A stretch of 64,000 nucleotides of DNA from an uncultured Gemmataceae bacterium (GTDB taxonomy: Bacteria; Planctomycetota; Planctomycetia; Gemmatales; Gemmataceae), in assembly GCA_963750165.1 (NCBI GenBank), contig CAVVPN010000003.1, positions 1,600,001 to 1,664,000 on the forward strand. The letters run 5' to 3'. Below, piece by piece: positions 1 through 10,475 of the stretch. The notes below the pieces were generated by a model. It saw only the letters and a list, made by a program, of their open reading frames with translations, searched no databases and was not told where the DNA came from. Positions within the stretch are counted from its first letter, which is position 1, and each line of letters opens with the position of its first letter. A program made the position numbers and the translations under genes.

Positions 1-20
1 CTGCTTGAGGTCCTGCATCG

Positions 21-2330
21 ATGAGACCACTGTTTGCCGCCAGCCTGCTATTCGTGTTGCTGGCCGCGCCCCCTGCCGAGGCGCAGAAGAAAAAGGGCAA
101 GTCCAACACGATGGACTATGGCCCCTTCCTGTCCGCCACCTACCGCCTGCAGTGGCCGCAGAAAAACCTCGCCCTGCGCGGCGTCGCGGTGCCGTTCGCG
201 GATGGTGGCGTCATCTTCGACACCGAGCTGCTGCGCTACGCCGGCGCCTGGACCGGCGGCTTCATCAAGATGGAAGGCGTCGTCTTCAACGGCGCTCACG
301 GCACCAACCCCAGCCCGGCCGGCACGCAAGTCCTCGGCACCAAGCCGACGCCCGGCTGGGCGAAGGGCGGCGATTGGAAGGACCCGCGGCCGATCCCGCA
401 CGGCCCGCTGCCGCGCAACTGGGCGCGCTTCAAGGGCATGTATCGCACGGACGACGGCGTCATCTTCAGCTATACCGTCGGCGACTGCCAGGTGCTCGAC
501 ATGCCCACCCACGAAACTCACGGCGCCGTGAAGTTGTTCTGCCGCACCTTGAACCTGAAGGCTTCGGCCCAAGCGCTCACGATGGTCGTCGCCGACGTGG
601 ACGGGGCCAAGGACAGTATCGGGGGTGGTGACCGCATCGTCCTCGTCGGCCCGAAAGGCTTGACCGGTGCCCGTGTCGTGGGCGGACCAAAGGGCACCAA
701 ACTGGAATCGGTAGACAAGGGCACTCGTATCGTCCTCCGGTTGCCTGCGCTTAAGGAAGATGCCCGCATCAAGGTGTACACGTACCCCATTACCGGGACT
801 GGCGACGATCTTGCTGCCGTCATCGAGAAACTTCCCGGCCCGGCCAACCTGGCGCCGCTGACCCGCGGCGGCAAGGCGCGCTGGACCGAATCCGTCGTCA
901 CCAAGGGCAAGCGCAGCGACGACAGCAAGGGCGCTTACGTCATCGACGACATCACGGTGCCGTTCAACAACCCGTACAAGTCGTGGATGCGCGTCGGCGG
1001 CTTCGACTTCTTCAGCGACGGCCGCGCCGCGGTCTGCACCTGGAGCGGCGACGTCTGGATCGTCTCCGGCATCGACGACAAGCTCGACAAGATCACCTGG
1101 AAGCGCTTCGCCACGGGCCTGTTTCAGCCGCTGGGCCTGAAGATCGTCAAGGACCAGGTGTACACGCTGGGCCGCGATGGCGTGACGCGGCTGCACGACC
1201 TGAACGGCGACGGCGAGGCCGATTTCTACGAGTGCTTCAACAACGACTTTTACGTGACGCAGAATTTTCACGAGTTCATTTTTGATCTGCACACGGACCC
1301 GGAGGGCAACTTCTACTTCGTCAAGGGCGGCCCGGTGCGGCCGGGCGGTCGCGGCTGGGACCCGATCACGCCGCACCACGGCAGCATGTTCAAGCTGTAC
1401 AAGGACGGCAGCAGGCTGGAGGTGATCGCTCGCGGCTTCCGGGCGCCGAACGGCATGTGCGTCGGCCCGAACGGCGAACTGACCTGCGGCGACAACGAGG
1501 GCACCTGGACGCCGATGTGCCCGATCAACTGGGTGCGGCCCGGCGGCTTCTACGGCGTGCCCGATTTCAGCGACCGCAAGCCGAAGCCGACCGTCCGCGA
1601 CAACCCGCTGTGCTGGCTGCCCAAGGAGGTCGATAACTCCAACGGCGGTCAGGTGTGGATCACCGGCAAACGCTTCGGCCCGCTGTCCGGCCAGTTGCTG
1701 CACACGTCCTACGGCACCTCGACGCTGTTCCTGGTGCTGAAGGAGGAGGTCCGCGGCCAGATGCAGGGCGGCGTGGTGCCGCTGCTGAAGTTCGACAGCG
1801 GCGTCTGCCGGGTGCGCTTCTACGAGGATAAAAACGCCTTGTTCCTGACGGGCATCCGCGGCTGGCAGACCAACGCCGCCCGGGACGCTGGCTTCTACCG
1901 CGTCCGCTACACCGGCAAGAAGGCGAACCTCCCGGTCGGCCTGAACGTGCGGCCGGACGGCATCAAGATCACCTTCAGCGACCCGCTCGACCGCAAGGCG
2001 GCGACCGACGTGGACAATTACAACGTGCAGCAGTGGAATTACCGCTGGCTGGAGAATTACGGTTCGCCGCACTTCAAGGTGTCCGATCCGAAGAAGCAGG
2101 GCCACGACGACGTGGAGGTCGAGTCGGCGGCGCTGTCGCCGGATGGCAAGACGGTGACGTTGAAGATCGACAAGCTGCGGCCGGTGATGCAGATGAAGAT
2201 CGCGTACACACTGAAGATGGCGGACGGCACGGCGGTGCGCAGTGCCATCCACCACACGATCAACGCGGTCGGCAACCTGCGCGGCGAACTGCACCCTGGT
2301 GAGTTGCGCATGATTCGCGTCAAGGAGTGA
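21..2330 (+). CDS. Secreted DUF6797-type protein with glucose/sorbosone dehydrogenase-like beta-propeller
   Basis: 769-aa ORF with a signal peptide and PVC-typical propeller motifs (FATGLFQPLGL, LHDLNGDGEADFYE, GFRAPNG, DNEGTW). Confidence 0.75.
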   Translation: MRPLFAASLLFVLLAAPPAEAQKKKGKSNTMDYGPFLSATYRLQWPQKNLALRGVAVPFADGGVIFDTELLRYAGAWTGGFIKMEGVVFNGAHGTNPSPAGTQVLGTKPTPGWAKGGDWKDPRPIPHGPLPRNWARFKGMYRTDDGVIFSYTVGDCQVLDMPTHETHGAVKLFCRTLNLKASAQALTMVVADVDGAKDSIGGGDRIVLVGPKGLTGARVVGGPKGTKLESVDKGTRIVLRLPALKEDARIKVYTYPITGTGDDLAAVIEKLPGPANLAPLTRGGKARWTESVVTKGKRSDDSKGAYVIDDITVPFNNPYKSWMRVGGFDFFSDGRAAVCTWSGDVWIVSGIDDKLDKITWKRFATGLFQPLGLKIVKDQVYTLGRDGVTRLHDLNGDGEADFYECFNNDFYVTQNFHEFIFDLHTDPEGNFYFVKGGPVRPGGRGWDPITPHHGSMFKLYKDGSRLEVIARGFRAPNGMCVGPNGELTCGDNEGTWTPMCPINWVRPGGFYGVPDFSDRKPKPTVRDNPLCWLPKEVDNSNGGQVWITGKRFGPLSGQLLHTSYGTSTLFLVLKEEVRGQMQGGVVPLLKFDSGVCRVRFYEDKNALFLTGIRGWQTNAARDAGFYRVRYTGKKANLPVGLNVRPDGIKITFSDPLDRKAATDVDNYNVQQWNYRWLENYGSPHFKVSDPKKQGHDDVEVESAALSPDGKTVTLKIDKLRPVMQMKIAYTLKMADGTAVRSAIHHTINAVGNLRGELHPGELRMIRVKE

Positions 2331-2341
2331 TCGAAATCCAT

Positions 2342-2409
2342 GGCGAGCGGCGCGGCGTCAGCCCGCCGGTGTTTCGCAGCACCGGCGGGCTGACGCCGCG
2401 CCGCTCGCC
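2342..2409. repeat. Palindromic REP-like element (30-bp arms)
   Basis: GGCGAGCGGCGCGGCGTCAGCCCGCCGGTG, 8-nt loop, then its exact reverse complement; lies between convergent genes. Confidence 0.9.
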
Positions 2410-2416
2410 GGCTGAA

Positions 2417-4164
2417 TTAGTCCTTGAACAACCCCGCCGGCGTCTTCACCCCACCAATCCCTTTGGGCATCTCCACGCCCAGCGCCCGCGCAGGATCGGC
2501 GCCACCTGCAGTGGCGTCACCCGTTCCTGCCGCACCCCCGGCGCCACTCCCGACCCGTACACCAGCAGCGGCACGTGTGTGTCGTACCAGTACGGCGTGC
2601 CGTGCGTCGTCGTGTACGCCTGGCTCCGTTTCGACGTGAGCGGGTCCATGAACAGCGTGTACGGTTCCTGCAGCACATACACGTCGCCGCTCCGCTCCCG
2701 GTGGAAGGACATCAGCACCTTCAATAAAACCGCGTCATCCTGCACGAACTTGCCCGACAGCTGCGAACGCGTGTACGCCGCCTGCACGCCCGGCTGCTTG
2801 ACCAGCCAGTCGGCCAGGGCCTTTTCGACCGCGGCGGATTTCAGGCCCTGTTCTTTCAACAGGGCCTGATTGAGATACAGCCACGGCGGCTGCGGCTCCT
2901 TGCTCTCGAACCACGGCTGCGGCTTGCCGTTGCCCAGGTAGTCGTCCAGGAACGCCGCCGCGGCCTTCACCAACGTCTTCGGCGCCACCCGCAGCGCCTT
3001 CTTGCCCGCGGCGCTTGTCAACTCTGGCGACGGGCAGACGCCGTGGTCGGCGCACAGCACCACCACGTACTTGCCGCGGCCCACCTTCGCGTCCAGCGTG
3101 TCCAGCAAATCCTTGACGATCAGGTCCGAGCGCAGCGTCGTGTCAAGCACTTCCTGCGAATCCGGGCCCCAGCAATGGCCGACCAGATCGTTGCTGGAAA
3201 AACTCAGGCACAGCAGGTCCGGCGCGTCACGCTGGCCGAGCTTTTCGGCGTCGATGGCTCGCTTCGCCAGGGCCAGCAACAGCTCGTTGCCCATCGGCGA
3301 GTTGGTCATTGCCTCGTAGTACAACCGGCCCGGCTGCTTCAGGCCGGCGTCCAGCGGGTGCGGGAACGTGCGGCCCTGCTTGAAGCCGATGCCCTCGCTA
3401 GGCACGTCGTCGGGGCCGCTGTGCTTGACGTAATCGAGGCTCGGCCGCAGCCGCTGCCACGGCTTGCCGAACCACTGGTCCTGATGCTTTTCCTTGTTGA
3501 ATTGATCCACCCACTTGTGCGGCGCGTCGGCGTAAAACGTCGAGGTGACAAACGCCCCGACGGTCGTGCTGAACCAGTAGCAGCAGGAACAGACGCCGCG
3601 CTGCAGCGCCGCCAGCAGCACGGCGGCACGGTCCTTGAGCGACAGCGACACCACCTTGCCCTTGCCGTTGGTGCCCTTGTGCAGCGCGTCGCCGACGGTC
3701 GGCCGCAGCAGACGGGTCGGGGCGGCGCCGAGGATTTTGTCGGCGTCCTTGCCGGTGGGCGCCGGCACGGGGCGGAACTGCTTGACTTGGACGGCGGCGA
3801 TCAACGCGCCGCTACCGCGGTCGTACCAGCCGTTTTCGATGATGCCGTGCGTCCGCGGCAGGCAGCCGGTGGACATGGACGCATGGCCGGCGGCGGTCAC
3901 GGTGCCGGCGTAGGGGTAATGGCAGTTCTGATACCACGCCCCCTCGTCCAGGAGCCGGCGGAAGCCGCCCTTGACGAACAGCGGCCGCCAGCGCTCCAGG
4001 TAGTCGGCCCGCAGCTGGTCGAAGACAACGAGCACGACCAGTTTCGGCGGCTCCTGCTGGGCGGGCGGCGGCGCGTCCGTCTCGTCGGCGAGCGCGGCCA
4101 GCACGGCCACGAGGACGCCGAGCAGGGCCGCGGGAGCCCACGTCCAGGTGCGATGCGATTTCAT
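2417..4164 (-). CDS. Alkaline phosphatase / nucleotide pyrophosphatase family protein (PafA-like); 1-bp frameshift near 2490
   Basis: VFDQLRADY, TVTAAGHAS (Thr nucleophile), SLKDRAA, DLVGH, ADHG and THGTPY motifs; adding one base near 2490 gives a natural C-terminus (ILARALGVEMPKG...LFKD*) ending at 2417. Confidence 0.88.
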
Positions 4165-4444
4165 GCGGCGGATACTCCGGGGGATGGCGGACTCGGGTGG
4201 GTGATACGGGATCGAGCGGGTTTTCCTTCAGCGTACTCACGCTAACTGGGGACGGCAATCCGTCGGGCAACGCGCCCCTACCATATCCCCGCTGGCCGAT
4301 GGGAGGAAAGTCAAATGACCGACGAGCAACCCCGCCGTTACGAGGCGGCGCTGCGCCGCCGCGGTGAGCAGCCCGCGGCGGCGCTGGAGTTGTTGCGCTT
4401 CCTCACCGGCGCCGCCGCGGCCCAACGCTTCCGGCGCTGCGGCT

Positions 4445-6097
4445 TCACTGCTTCTCGATGACGCGGATTTGCTTCGGGTCGCTGACGACCAGCCGCGGCC
4501 GGTTTTCCTCCACGGTGATGGTGCCCGTCACGCGGATGGTCTTGTTGAGGAAGTGGCCCGCCGGGTCGGCAATGCCGGCCTCCTTGAACTTCGCCGCGCC
4601 GGCCACGTTGATGACGACACCCAGGTTCTTTTCGTCGCGGAAGTCCTTTTCGGAGTCGAGGTAGATTTCCTTGCGTTTCTCCAGGCGATCCTTGCTCGCC
4701 TGGACAGTCATTGCGACGGTGACGTGCTCGTTAACCCGCTTGATCGCCTCCACCGGCGTTAGCGGTTTGCCGGCCGCCTGCGGCGCCGACAGCACGCGAA
4801 TTTGCGTTGAGAGCGGATGGCGCACGCCGTCGATGGCGAACTCCAGTTCCGCGTAGAAGGCGGTGTAGCCGGTCTGCGGCAGCGCCACCGTGCCGACAAC
4901 GCGGCCTTCCTTCACCGGCAGTTCCTGCTCCTTCCAGGTCGATTGGCGGAAGTCGCGCGTCGGCGCCTGCGCCACCCAGAGCCGAACCGCCAGCGGTTTC
5001 GTGTCGCTGGTCACGCTCAGCCGCGCCTGGCCGTTCTGGTCGTCGTGCTTCCATTGCAGCTTCGGCATCGGGTTGTCCTTCAGGACGTGCTTGTAGAACG
5101 CGACCAGCGTGTTGAGAGCGCGGTCGGCGTTGGCCTTGCCGTCTGCCGATTTCTGCTGCAAATTGTGGCCGGCGTTGGGCACGTACAGCACCCATTTGTC
5201 CTGCTTCAGGTCGCCCCAGTACAGGTTGAGCGAATCGACGGTCCAGTACGGGTCATTGGCGCCATTGATAATCATGGTTGGCACCTTGATCTTGTCGCGG
5301 TAGTTCCACGGGTCCACCCAGCCCCATAAGCGTTTCGCGTCCGCAGTGTCCGGCAGCGGCACCAGGCCGCGCCTGGTGTAGTCGCCGATCATGGCGCTGT
5401 ATTTGCCGTAGGACTTCAGCTGGTGCGCCAGCTGGGCGGGCATGTTCAGCGTGTCGATGACCAGCGGCGCGATGGCCACGACGCGCGCATCCGCGGCGGC
5501 GGTCAACCAGGTCGTCCAGCCGCGCTTCGACGCCCCGGACACGACGAACGCTTCGACGCGCACGCCCCACTCCTGCTGCGAAAACTCCTGCAGCGCGTCC
5601 ATCGCGCGCACCAGGCTCTTGACCATCGGGAACAGCAGCGGCCATGAGGAATCCTTGGTTTCGAGGTAGCGCACGAAGGTTTCCGCGATCAGGGCGTCCT
5701 CCTTTTTGCCGCCGAGCAGCGGTTGGTTGGGGATGCCGAACAGAAACGCGACCGGGGCGCCGCTCTTTTTTGCCAGGCCCATGCCGAAGGCCGTGGTGCC
5801 CGCGTTCGGGACGCCGCCCTGGTTCCACAACAGCATTTTCTTGCCCGGCTTGACCCCTTTGGGCAAATACACCTGCATCTTGTGCTCCCACTTGATGCCC
5901 TGCCAGGTCTGCGACACCATCTGCAGGTCGTAGATGGTGCCGTCGGGTGTCTCGGTTTTCTTCAGCAGTTTCCAGGAGAAACTGTCGTCCTTCTTGTTGA
6001 TGTAGGTGAACAGGTCGGCCCCCGCGGTCGAGGCGCCGATGGCGAGCAGGAGCAGCGCGGCGAGGAGCCAGCACACGGGGCGGCGCAAGAGCAGCAT
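4445..6097 (-). CDS. PqaA-family (PhoPQ-activated pathogenicity-related) alpha/beta hydrolase with an extra C-terminal OB-fold-like domain
   Basis: SQTWQG, WPLLFPMVKS, SGASKRGWTTW, NDPYW and PNAGH motifs; about 110-aa C-terminal extension (KTIRVTGTITVEENRPRLVV). Confidence 0.85.
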   Translation of the reverse strand: MLLLRRPVCWLLAALLLLAIGASTAGADLFTYINKKDDSFSWKLLKKTETPDGTIYDLQMVSQTWQGIKWEHKMQVYLPKGVKPGKKMLLWNQGGVPNAGTTAFGMGLAKKSGAPVAFLFGIPNQPLLGGKKEDALIAETFVRYLETKDSSWPLLFPMVKSLVRAMDALQEFSQQEWGVRVEAFVVSGASKRGWTTWLTAAADARVVAIAPLVIDTLNMPAQLAHQLKSYGKYSAMIGDYTRRGLVPLPDTADAKRLWGWVDPWNYRDKIKVPTMIINGANDPYWTVDSLNLYWGDLKQDKWVLYVPNAGHNLQQKSADGKANADRALNTLVAFYKHVLKDNPMPKLQWKHDDQNGQARLSVTSDTKPLAVRLWVAQAPTRDFRQSTWKEQELPVKEGRVVGTVALPQTGYTAFYAELEFAIDGVRHPLSTQIRVLSAPQAAGKPLTPVEAIKRVNEHVTVAMTVQASKDRLEKRKEIYLDSEKDFRDEKNLGVVINVAGAAKFKEAGIADPAGHFLNKTIRVTGTITVEENRPRLVVSDPKQIRVIEKQ

Positions 6098-6147
6098 GGC
6101 GGAAACCCTCCGGGAATGGTTGACGCAAGCGGGCGCAGGTGACGTGC

Positions 6148-6176
6148 AGGATAGGCGGCGGCCAGGGGGTTGTCAA
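6148..6176 (-). promoter_or_regulatory. Sigma70-type promoter of the PqaA-family gene
   Basis: TTGACA-N17-TATCCT on the minus strand about 50 bp upstream of the ATG. Confidence 0.65.
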
Positions 6177-6223
6177 ACGGGAAAGCGGGTGCCGTTGGCC
6201 CGCCGCCATGCCGGGGCCCTCCG

Positions 6224-7126
6224 TCACTTGCCGGCGTCCGCAGTGAGCCAGCGGACCAGCGTGCGCGTCACCAGTTCGGGCGCGTCGCGGTGGACGAAGT
6301 GTCCCGCCTGCGGCACCGTCACCAGGGTGAACTCCTTCTCGATCCATTTCCAGGTGTCGTTGAGCGCCCCCGGCAGCAGGTACGGATCCTTCAGCCCGTG
6401 AATCATCAGCACCGGGCACTTGACCGGCGGATAGGTCTTCTCATCCTTGTACGGCGGCCGCGGATAGTTGGCCTTGTAGTAGTTGAGCATGCCCTCCAGC
6501 GATGACCGCTTGAACGCCTCGATGTATTCCTTTTTCGCCTCGGGCTCCTTGACCCAGAAGGCCAGGGCGGTGGGCGTCAGGAGAACTTTCAGGTCTTTAA
6601 CATCCTTATTCTGGAAATTGCGGGCGTATTCGCTGGCCTTCTGCTGGGCGGGGTTGTTGGCCAGCTCGCGCTGCATGCCCCTGGGGTGCGGCAGGTTCAA
6701 CAGCACCAGGCGCTCGGTCTTGTCGGGGTGCGTCATGGCGAACGCCCACGCCACCAGGCCGCCCCAGTCGTGGCCGACGATCACCGCCCGGTCGCGCTTG
6801 AAGTGCCGCAGCACCGCGTCCACGTCCGCCACGAGTTTTTCGACGGTGTAGTTCTTGACGCCTTTGGGTTGGTCGCTCTTGTTGTAGCCGCGCTGGTCGA
6901 TGGCCACAACCTGGAAGTGCTTGGCCAGAGCCGGCATCTGGTCGCGCCAGGAGTACCAGAAATCGGGGAAGCCGTGGATCAGCACGACCAGCGACCCCTT
7001 GCCCTGTGTGACATAATGAATTTTGACGCCACCCGAGTCGGCGTAACCCTCGGTGCGTTTTTCCTGCGCCGACGCCGGCACCGCGGCGCCGAGCAGGAGC
7101 AGGGTGAGTGTGAGATGAGTGCGCAT
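6224..7126 (-). CDS. Epoxide hydrolase-like alpha/beta hydrolase (secreted)
   Basis: [19 protein letters not shown] and GHFVH motifs; signal peptide. Confidence 0.9.
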   Translation of the reverse strand: MRTHLTLTLLLLGAAVPASAQEKRTEGYADSGGVKIHYVTQGKGSLVVLIHGFPDFWYSWRDQMPALAKHFQVVAIDQRGYNKSDQPKGVKNYTVEKLVADVDAVLRHFKRDRAVIVGHDWGGLVAWAFAMTHPDKTERLVLLNLPHPRGMQRELANNPAQQKASEYARNFQNKDVKDLKVLLTPTALAFWVKEPEAKKEYIEAFKRSSLEGMLNYYKANYPRPPYKDEKTYPPVKCPVLMIHGLKDPYLLPGALNDTWKWIEKEFTLVTVPQAGHFVHRDAPELVTRTLVRWLTADAGK

Positions 7127-7203
7127 GGAAGCCTCCTGAAGTGCAACAGGCCTTTGGGGAGAACATACGGGCGACGCAAGGCAGATGGTAGAGGCCGACC
7201 TTA

Positions 7204-7261
7204 CCGTGGTGCAGGCGTCGCGCCTGCTTTCGGTTCCGCAGGCGCGACGCCTGCACCACGG
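7204..7261. repeat. GTGG-type REP doublet (palindrome)
   Basis: CCGTGGTGCAGGCGTCGCGCCTGC, 10 nt, then its reverse complement. Confidence 0.85.
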
Positions 7262-7517
7262 CTGGCCCAGACGCCGAGCTATTTTTCTGTTCCCCTCGGC
7301 CGGTGAACAGGCGAAAATGGACTCATGAAGTCAAACAGACCCCGGTGATTCGGGTTATGCCCGATGCATCGGGTCAGGCGCCGAAAAGCTTCGTTGGCAG
7401 CTACCTGCGGGGCGGGGGGATTTCCGGGGCAATGGTAAGATAAAATGATGGTGAAGCGCAAACAGCGCGGGACGATGTTGTTCCCGCGATCAACTGGTCG
7501 CCCGGGGAGACATTGAC

Positions 7518-8288
7518 ATGGCATCTCGACTTGCTTCCAGCTCTGGAGTGGCGTTGCTGGCGGGCGCCCTGGTGTTCCTTACCCCGCTGCCGAGTCCGGC
7601 GCAGCACGGCGGTGGTCATGGCGGCGGCCACGGCGGCGGCATGGCGCACGGCGGCATGGCGCACGGCGGCATGGCGCACGGCGGCATGATGCACGGCGGC
7701 ATGGTGCACCCCGGGATCTACCGGGGTGGCTACGGCTACGGCGGCTACGGCCTGGGCTACGGCGGCCTCTACGGGTTGGGTTATGGCTACGGCCTGGGGG
7801 GCTACGGTTACGGCCTGGGGGGCTACGGTTACGGCCTGGGAGGCTACGGTGGCTACGGCGGTTATGGTGGCTACGGTTACGGCGGCCTCGGTTATGGCGG
7901 CTACGGCGGCTATGGCTATCCTACGGGGGGCTACGGCTACGCTCCGAGCTACGGTCTCGGCTACACCACCCCGGGCTACGGTTACGCTCCGGCGACGGTG
8001 CCGGCCCAGCCCAACGTCCCGCCCAACGGCCAGGCAGCCCTGAATGGCGGCGCCGGCATCCAGGTGATCGTGCCGGGGAACGCGGAACTCTGGTTCGACG
8101 GCAACCCGACCACGCAGCGTGGCCCGGTGCGGGAGTTCCAGACACCGCCATTGGACCCCAACCAGACCTTCACCTACAAGGTGCGCGTCCGCTATAACCA
8201 AGACGGCAACGTGGTGGATCAGGAGCGCACGGTGCAGGTGCGCTCCGGTCGGCAAGCTTTCATGGACTTCACGGTGCCGCAGAAGTGA
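7518..8288 (+). CDS. TIGR03000 domain protein with Gly/His/Met and Gly/Tyr low-complexity repeats
   Basis: Signal peptide, HGGMA and GYGYGLG tandem repeats, C-terminal VIVPGNAELWFDG..TTQRGPVREFQTPPL..YKVR domain. Confidence 0.88.
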   Translation: MASRLASSSGVALLAGALVFLTPLPSPAQHGGGHGGGHGGGMAHGGMAHGGMAHGGMMHGGMVHPGIYRGGYGYGGYGLGYGGLYGLGYGYGLGGYGYGLGGYGYGLGGYGGYGGYGGYGYGGLGYGGYGGYGYPTGGYGYAPSYGLGYTTPGYGYAPATVPAQPNVPPNGQAALNGGAGIQVIVPGNAELWFDGNPTTQRGPVREFQTPPLDPNQTFTYKVRVRYNQDGNVVDQERTVQVRSGRQAFMDFTVPQK

Positions 8289-8437
8289 ATCGCAGTTGAG
8301 ATCGCGCAGCGCGGCTGACTCGACAAACTGCCCCGGAACGCCACAGCGGCCCGGGGCATTGGTTTTCCCAGCGCCCCGCTCGCCTACGACCAGGAAGCCC
8401 CCTACCTCATCACCGTCGCCCCGACGCGCTCCTGATC

Positions 8438-8740
8438 GTGCCGCCCGACAAGTTGCAGAGCCACAAGGCGCTGCTGAAGCTGTGGGTCGGCACGCTGCTC
8501 AAGGCGATCACGCTGGAAGACTTGCTCGGCTTGTTGCGGCCACACCACCCCAGCCTGTTCGCCCTGCGGCGGGGCCTGCTGTTTCTGTCGCGTTTTGCCG
8601 TGGACACCCGTTATCCCGGTTTCCACGCCCGCCGCAGCCAGGCCGACGCCTCGCGGCGCGGGGCAGGCCAAGTCCGAAGCGCTGCCCGCACCATCCTGGG
8701 TTTGCGTCCACCTCGTCCGAAGCGGAAAAAGCCGCCCTGA
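8438..8740 (+). pseudogene. HEPN-domain gene remnant (C-terminal half)
   Basis: KALL...LEDLLGLL...LLFLSRFAVDTRYPG...VRSAARTILGL resembles the HEPN C-terminus; N-terminal helices and a good start are missing. Confidence 0.55.
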
Positions 8741-8793
8741 TGCGGTGTCCAGGTGAGGGTGTCCGGTTCGTAGTACCGCGTGTCAACGCACTG

Positions 8794-9086
8794 TCAACCG
8801 TTGCGCGGTGGCACGATGTTATAGCCCAGCGCCAGGATCAGTTTGAGCGTCTCCAGCGCCGCGTCGCGGTCGTATTCCTTCTTGTCCTCCGGCAGCTGGT
8901 CGTACGCCACCAGGTCCGGATGCCGCTTGGCGGCGGCGTCCGTCGTCGGGCCATACGTCCAGCCGTCGGCGAGCTTCGCCGCGCCGAGACATCGTGCGTG
9001 TTCTCGGCCAGGCGCTCCGTCAGGTCGCGCAGGGCTTCCGGCAACTGCACCGCGGACGTGTCCACGGGTTTCGGTTCGTAACGCAT
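8794..9086 (-). CDS. Stand-alone RyR (ryanodine receptor repeat) domain protein; frameshift near 8985
   Basis: Joined frames give MRYEPKPVDTSAVQLPEALRDLTERLAENTHDV..AAKLADGWTYGP..DAAAKRHPDLVAYDQLPEDKKEYDRDAALETLKLILALGY, a clear RyR consensus; GAGGGAGG RBS. Confidence 0.88.
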
Positions 9087-9192
9087 CGTTCCCTCCCTCG
9101 TTGAAATGCCACGGGCGATATTCTTGCCTCACGCCGCCGGTCCGAACAGGGCGTCGGCGTCGAACTCCGGCCCGACTCACCTCCAGTCGCCA

Positions 9193-10090
9193 TCAGGCGT
9201 CCAGGATGCGGCGGGCCTGCTTGCCCATGCTGTCGCGATGGAACGGCTGCACGTTCGCCTCGGCCGCCGTCGCCGGGTGCCAGATGTTGTCGTCCGGCAA
9301 CGCCACCGGCCGCCGGGCTAACAGCTCGTCCGCGGCCGCCCCCCCTTCTGCAAATACACATCGCAACGGACGTCCTGCCGCCGCTGCCACCCCAGCGCCG
9401 CCAGCAGCAACAGCAGCGTCGCCTTGTTGATGCCCGGATAGTGGCCGTTGCGCAGGCCATAACCCAGGTCGTACTGCCGCAGCGCTTCCAGGTAGTGCTG
9501 CTCCGCACGGTCGAGATCCTCGTCCTGCCAGGAGATAGCCGATGCGTTCGTAGAGCTGGGCGAAGACATCGGTCACGGATGCTGGCGACGGGGTGCCGTG
9601 ACAGACGGCGCCGAGGAAGGCGTGTTCGAGGTGGACGGCAGGGATGCCGCCCAAAAACTGCTGGGCGTCGCCGTAGACCAGGCCGATCAGGCTGCCGTCG
9701 CCGGCGTGCCGCGGTTCGAGCGTCATGAACACGGGATCGTGGCGGAGGCCGTGTGGCTTGCAGGTGTGCCAGGCGGGTCACCTCGGCGGCGAGGCGGTCG
9801 GGGCCGGCGAGCTTGACGACGTGACGGCCAGGCTGGTCGGTGCCGTCCACCTCGACGAGGAGGATGAACTCGCGGTCGCGGCGGCGGTAGCCGAGGTACT
9901 GGTCCTGCACGGCGACAGCGCGGGCGCCGGGGAAGAGGCGTTCCAGGCGGCGGGTGAGGTCGGTCATGGTGTCGTCCTGGGCGTTGGGCTGGTGGCGGCC
10001 GATGGCCGCGGCGAGGGCCTGGCGCAGACGGCGCTGGGCGGTGACGGTCCAGAACACGAGCGGCGGTTGCTCGGGCGGGGGCGGTCGCAT
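9193..10090 (-). pseudogene. Internally deleted paralog of the TCAD9-kinase/TPR-S protein
   Basis: N-terminal kinase N-lobe-like part (VVKLAG...GLVYGDA...SVTDVFAQLY) joins almost directly to a TPR-S part (ALRQYDLGY...HYPGINKATLLLL...WHPATAAEA); catalytic HGD lobe absent; several frame changes. Confidence 0.65.
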
Positions 10091-10225
10091 GGGGGCGACT
10101 CCTGCGCTGGGGGCCGGGCGGCCCGGTCAGAGGATGGGGCAAAGCACGCCGATTACATGATATGGAATAAAAGGAATTTATTCAATGATAAATTCACAAA
10201 TACATTGATAAGACCCGCGCTGATT

Positions 10226-10468
10226 TAGAGCGGTTCGCATCAAACGGTAGCGGTTTCTTCGCCCCGAAGGGGCGGGACAACATAGCCCAGGGCATCGCCC
10301 TGGGGGCTCCGATTCGACCCTCTCCCTTTTTTCTTCCGTGCCCTGAAGGGGCACGGAAGAGAGGAGAGTGTCAGTCTTCTCCATGGTTCCCAGGGCGATG
10401 CCCTGGGCCAAGTTGTCTCGCCCCTTCGGGGCGAAGAAACCGCTACACCCAACCGCAACATGCGCCAG
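10226..10468. mobile_element. MITE-like element (TAGAGCGGTTCGC...GTAGCGG shell) carrying a composite palindrome
   Basis: Long inverted arms GTAGCGGTTTCTTCGCCCCGAAGGGGCG...CGCCCCTTCGGGGCGAAGAAACCGCTAC with internal hairpins; left end matches the elements at 14285 and 49341; right end degenerate. Confidence 0.7.
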
Positions 10469-10475
10469 GAGTCGC

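Noticed and set aside
48..2294. Long antisense ORFs (also 22150-24366, 24257-26575, 49604-51976, 56511-57884)
   Set aside because: Typical high-GC shadow ORFs opposite well-supported genes
7610..7990. HGGMA and GYG repeats as a RiPP precursor
   Set aside because: Low-complexity linker typical of TIGR03000 proteins; no modifying enzymes nearby
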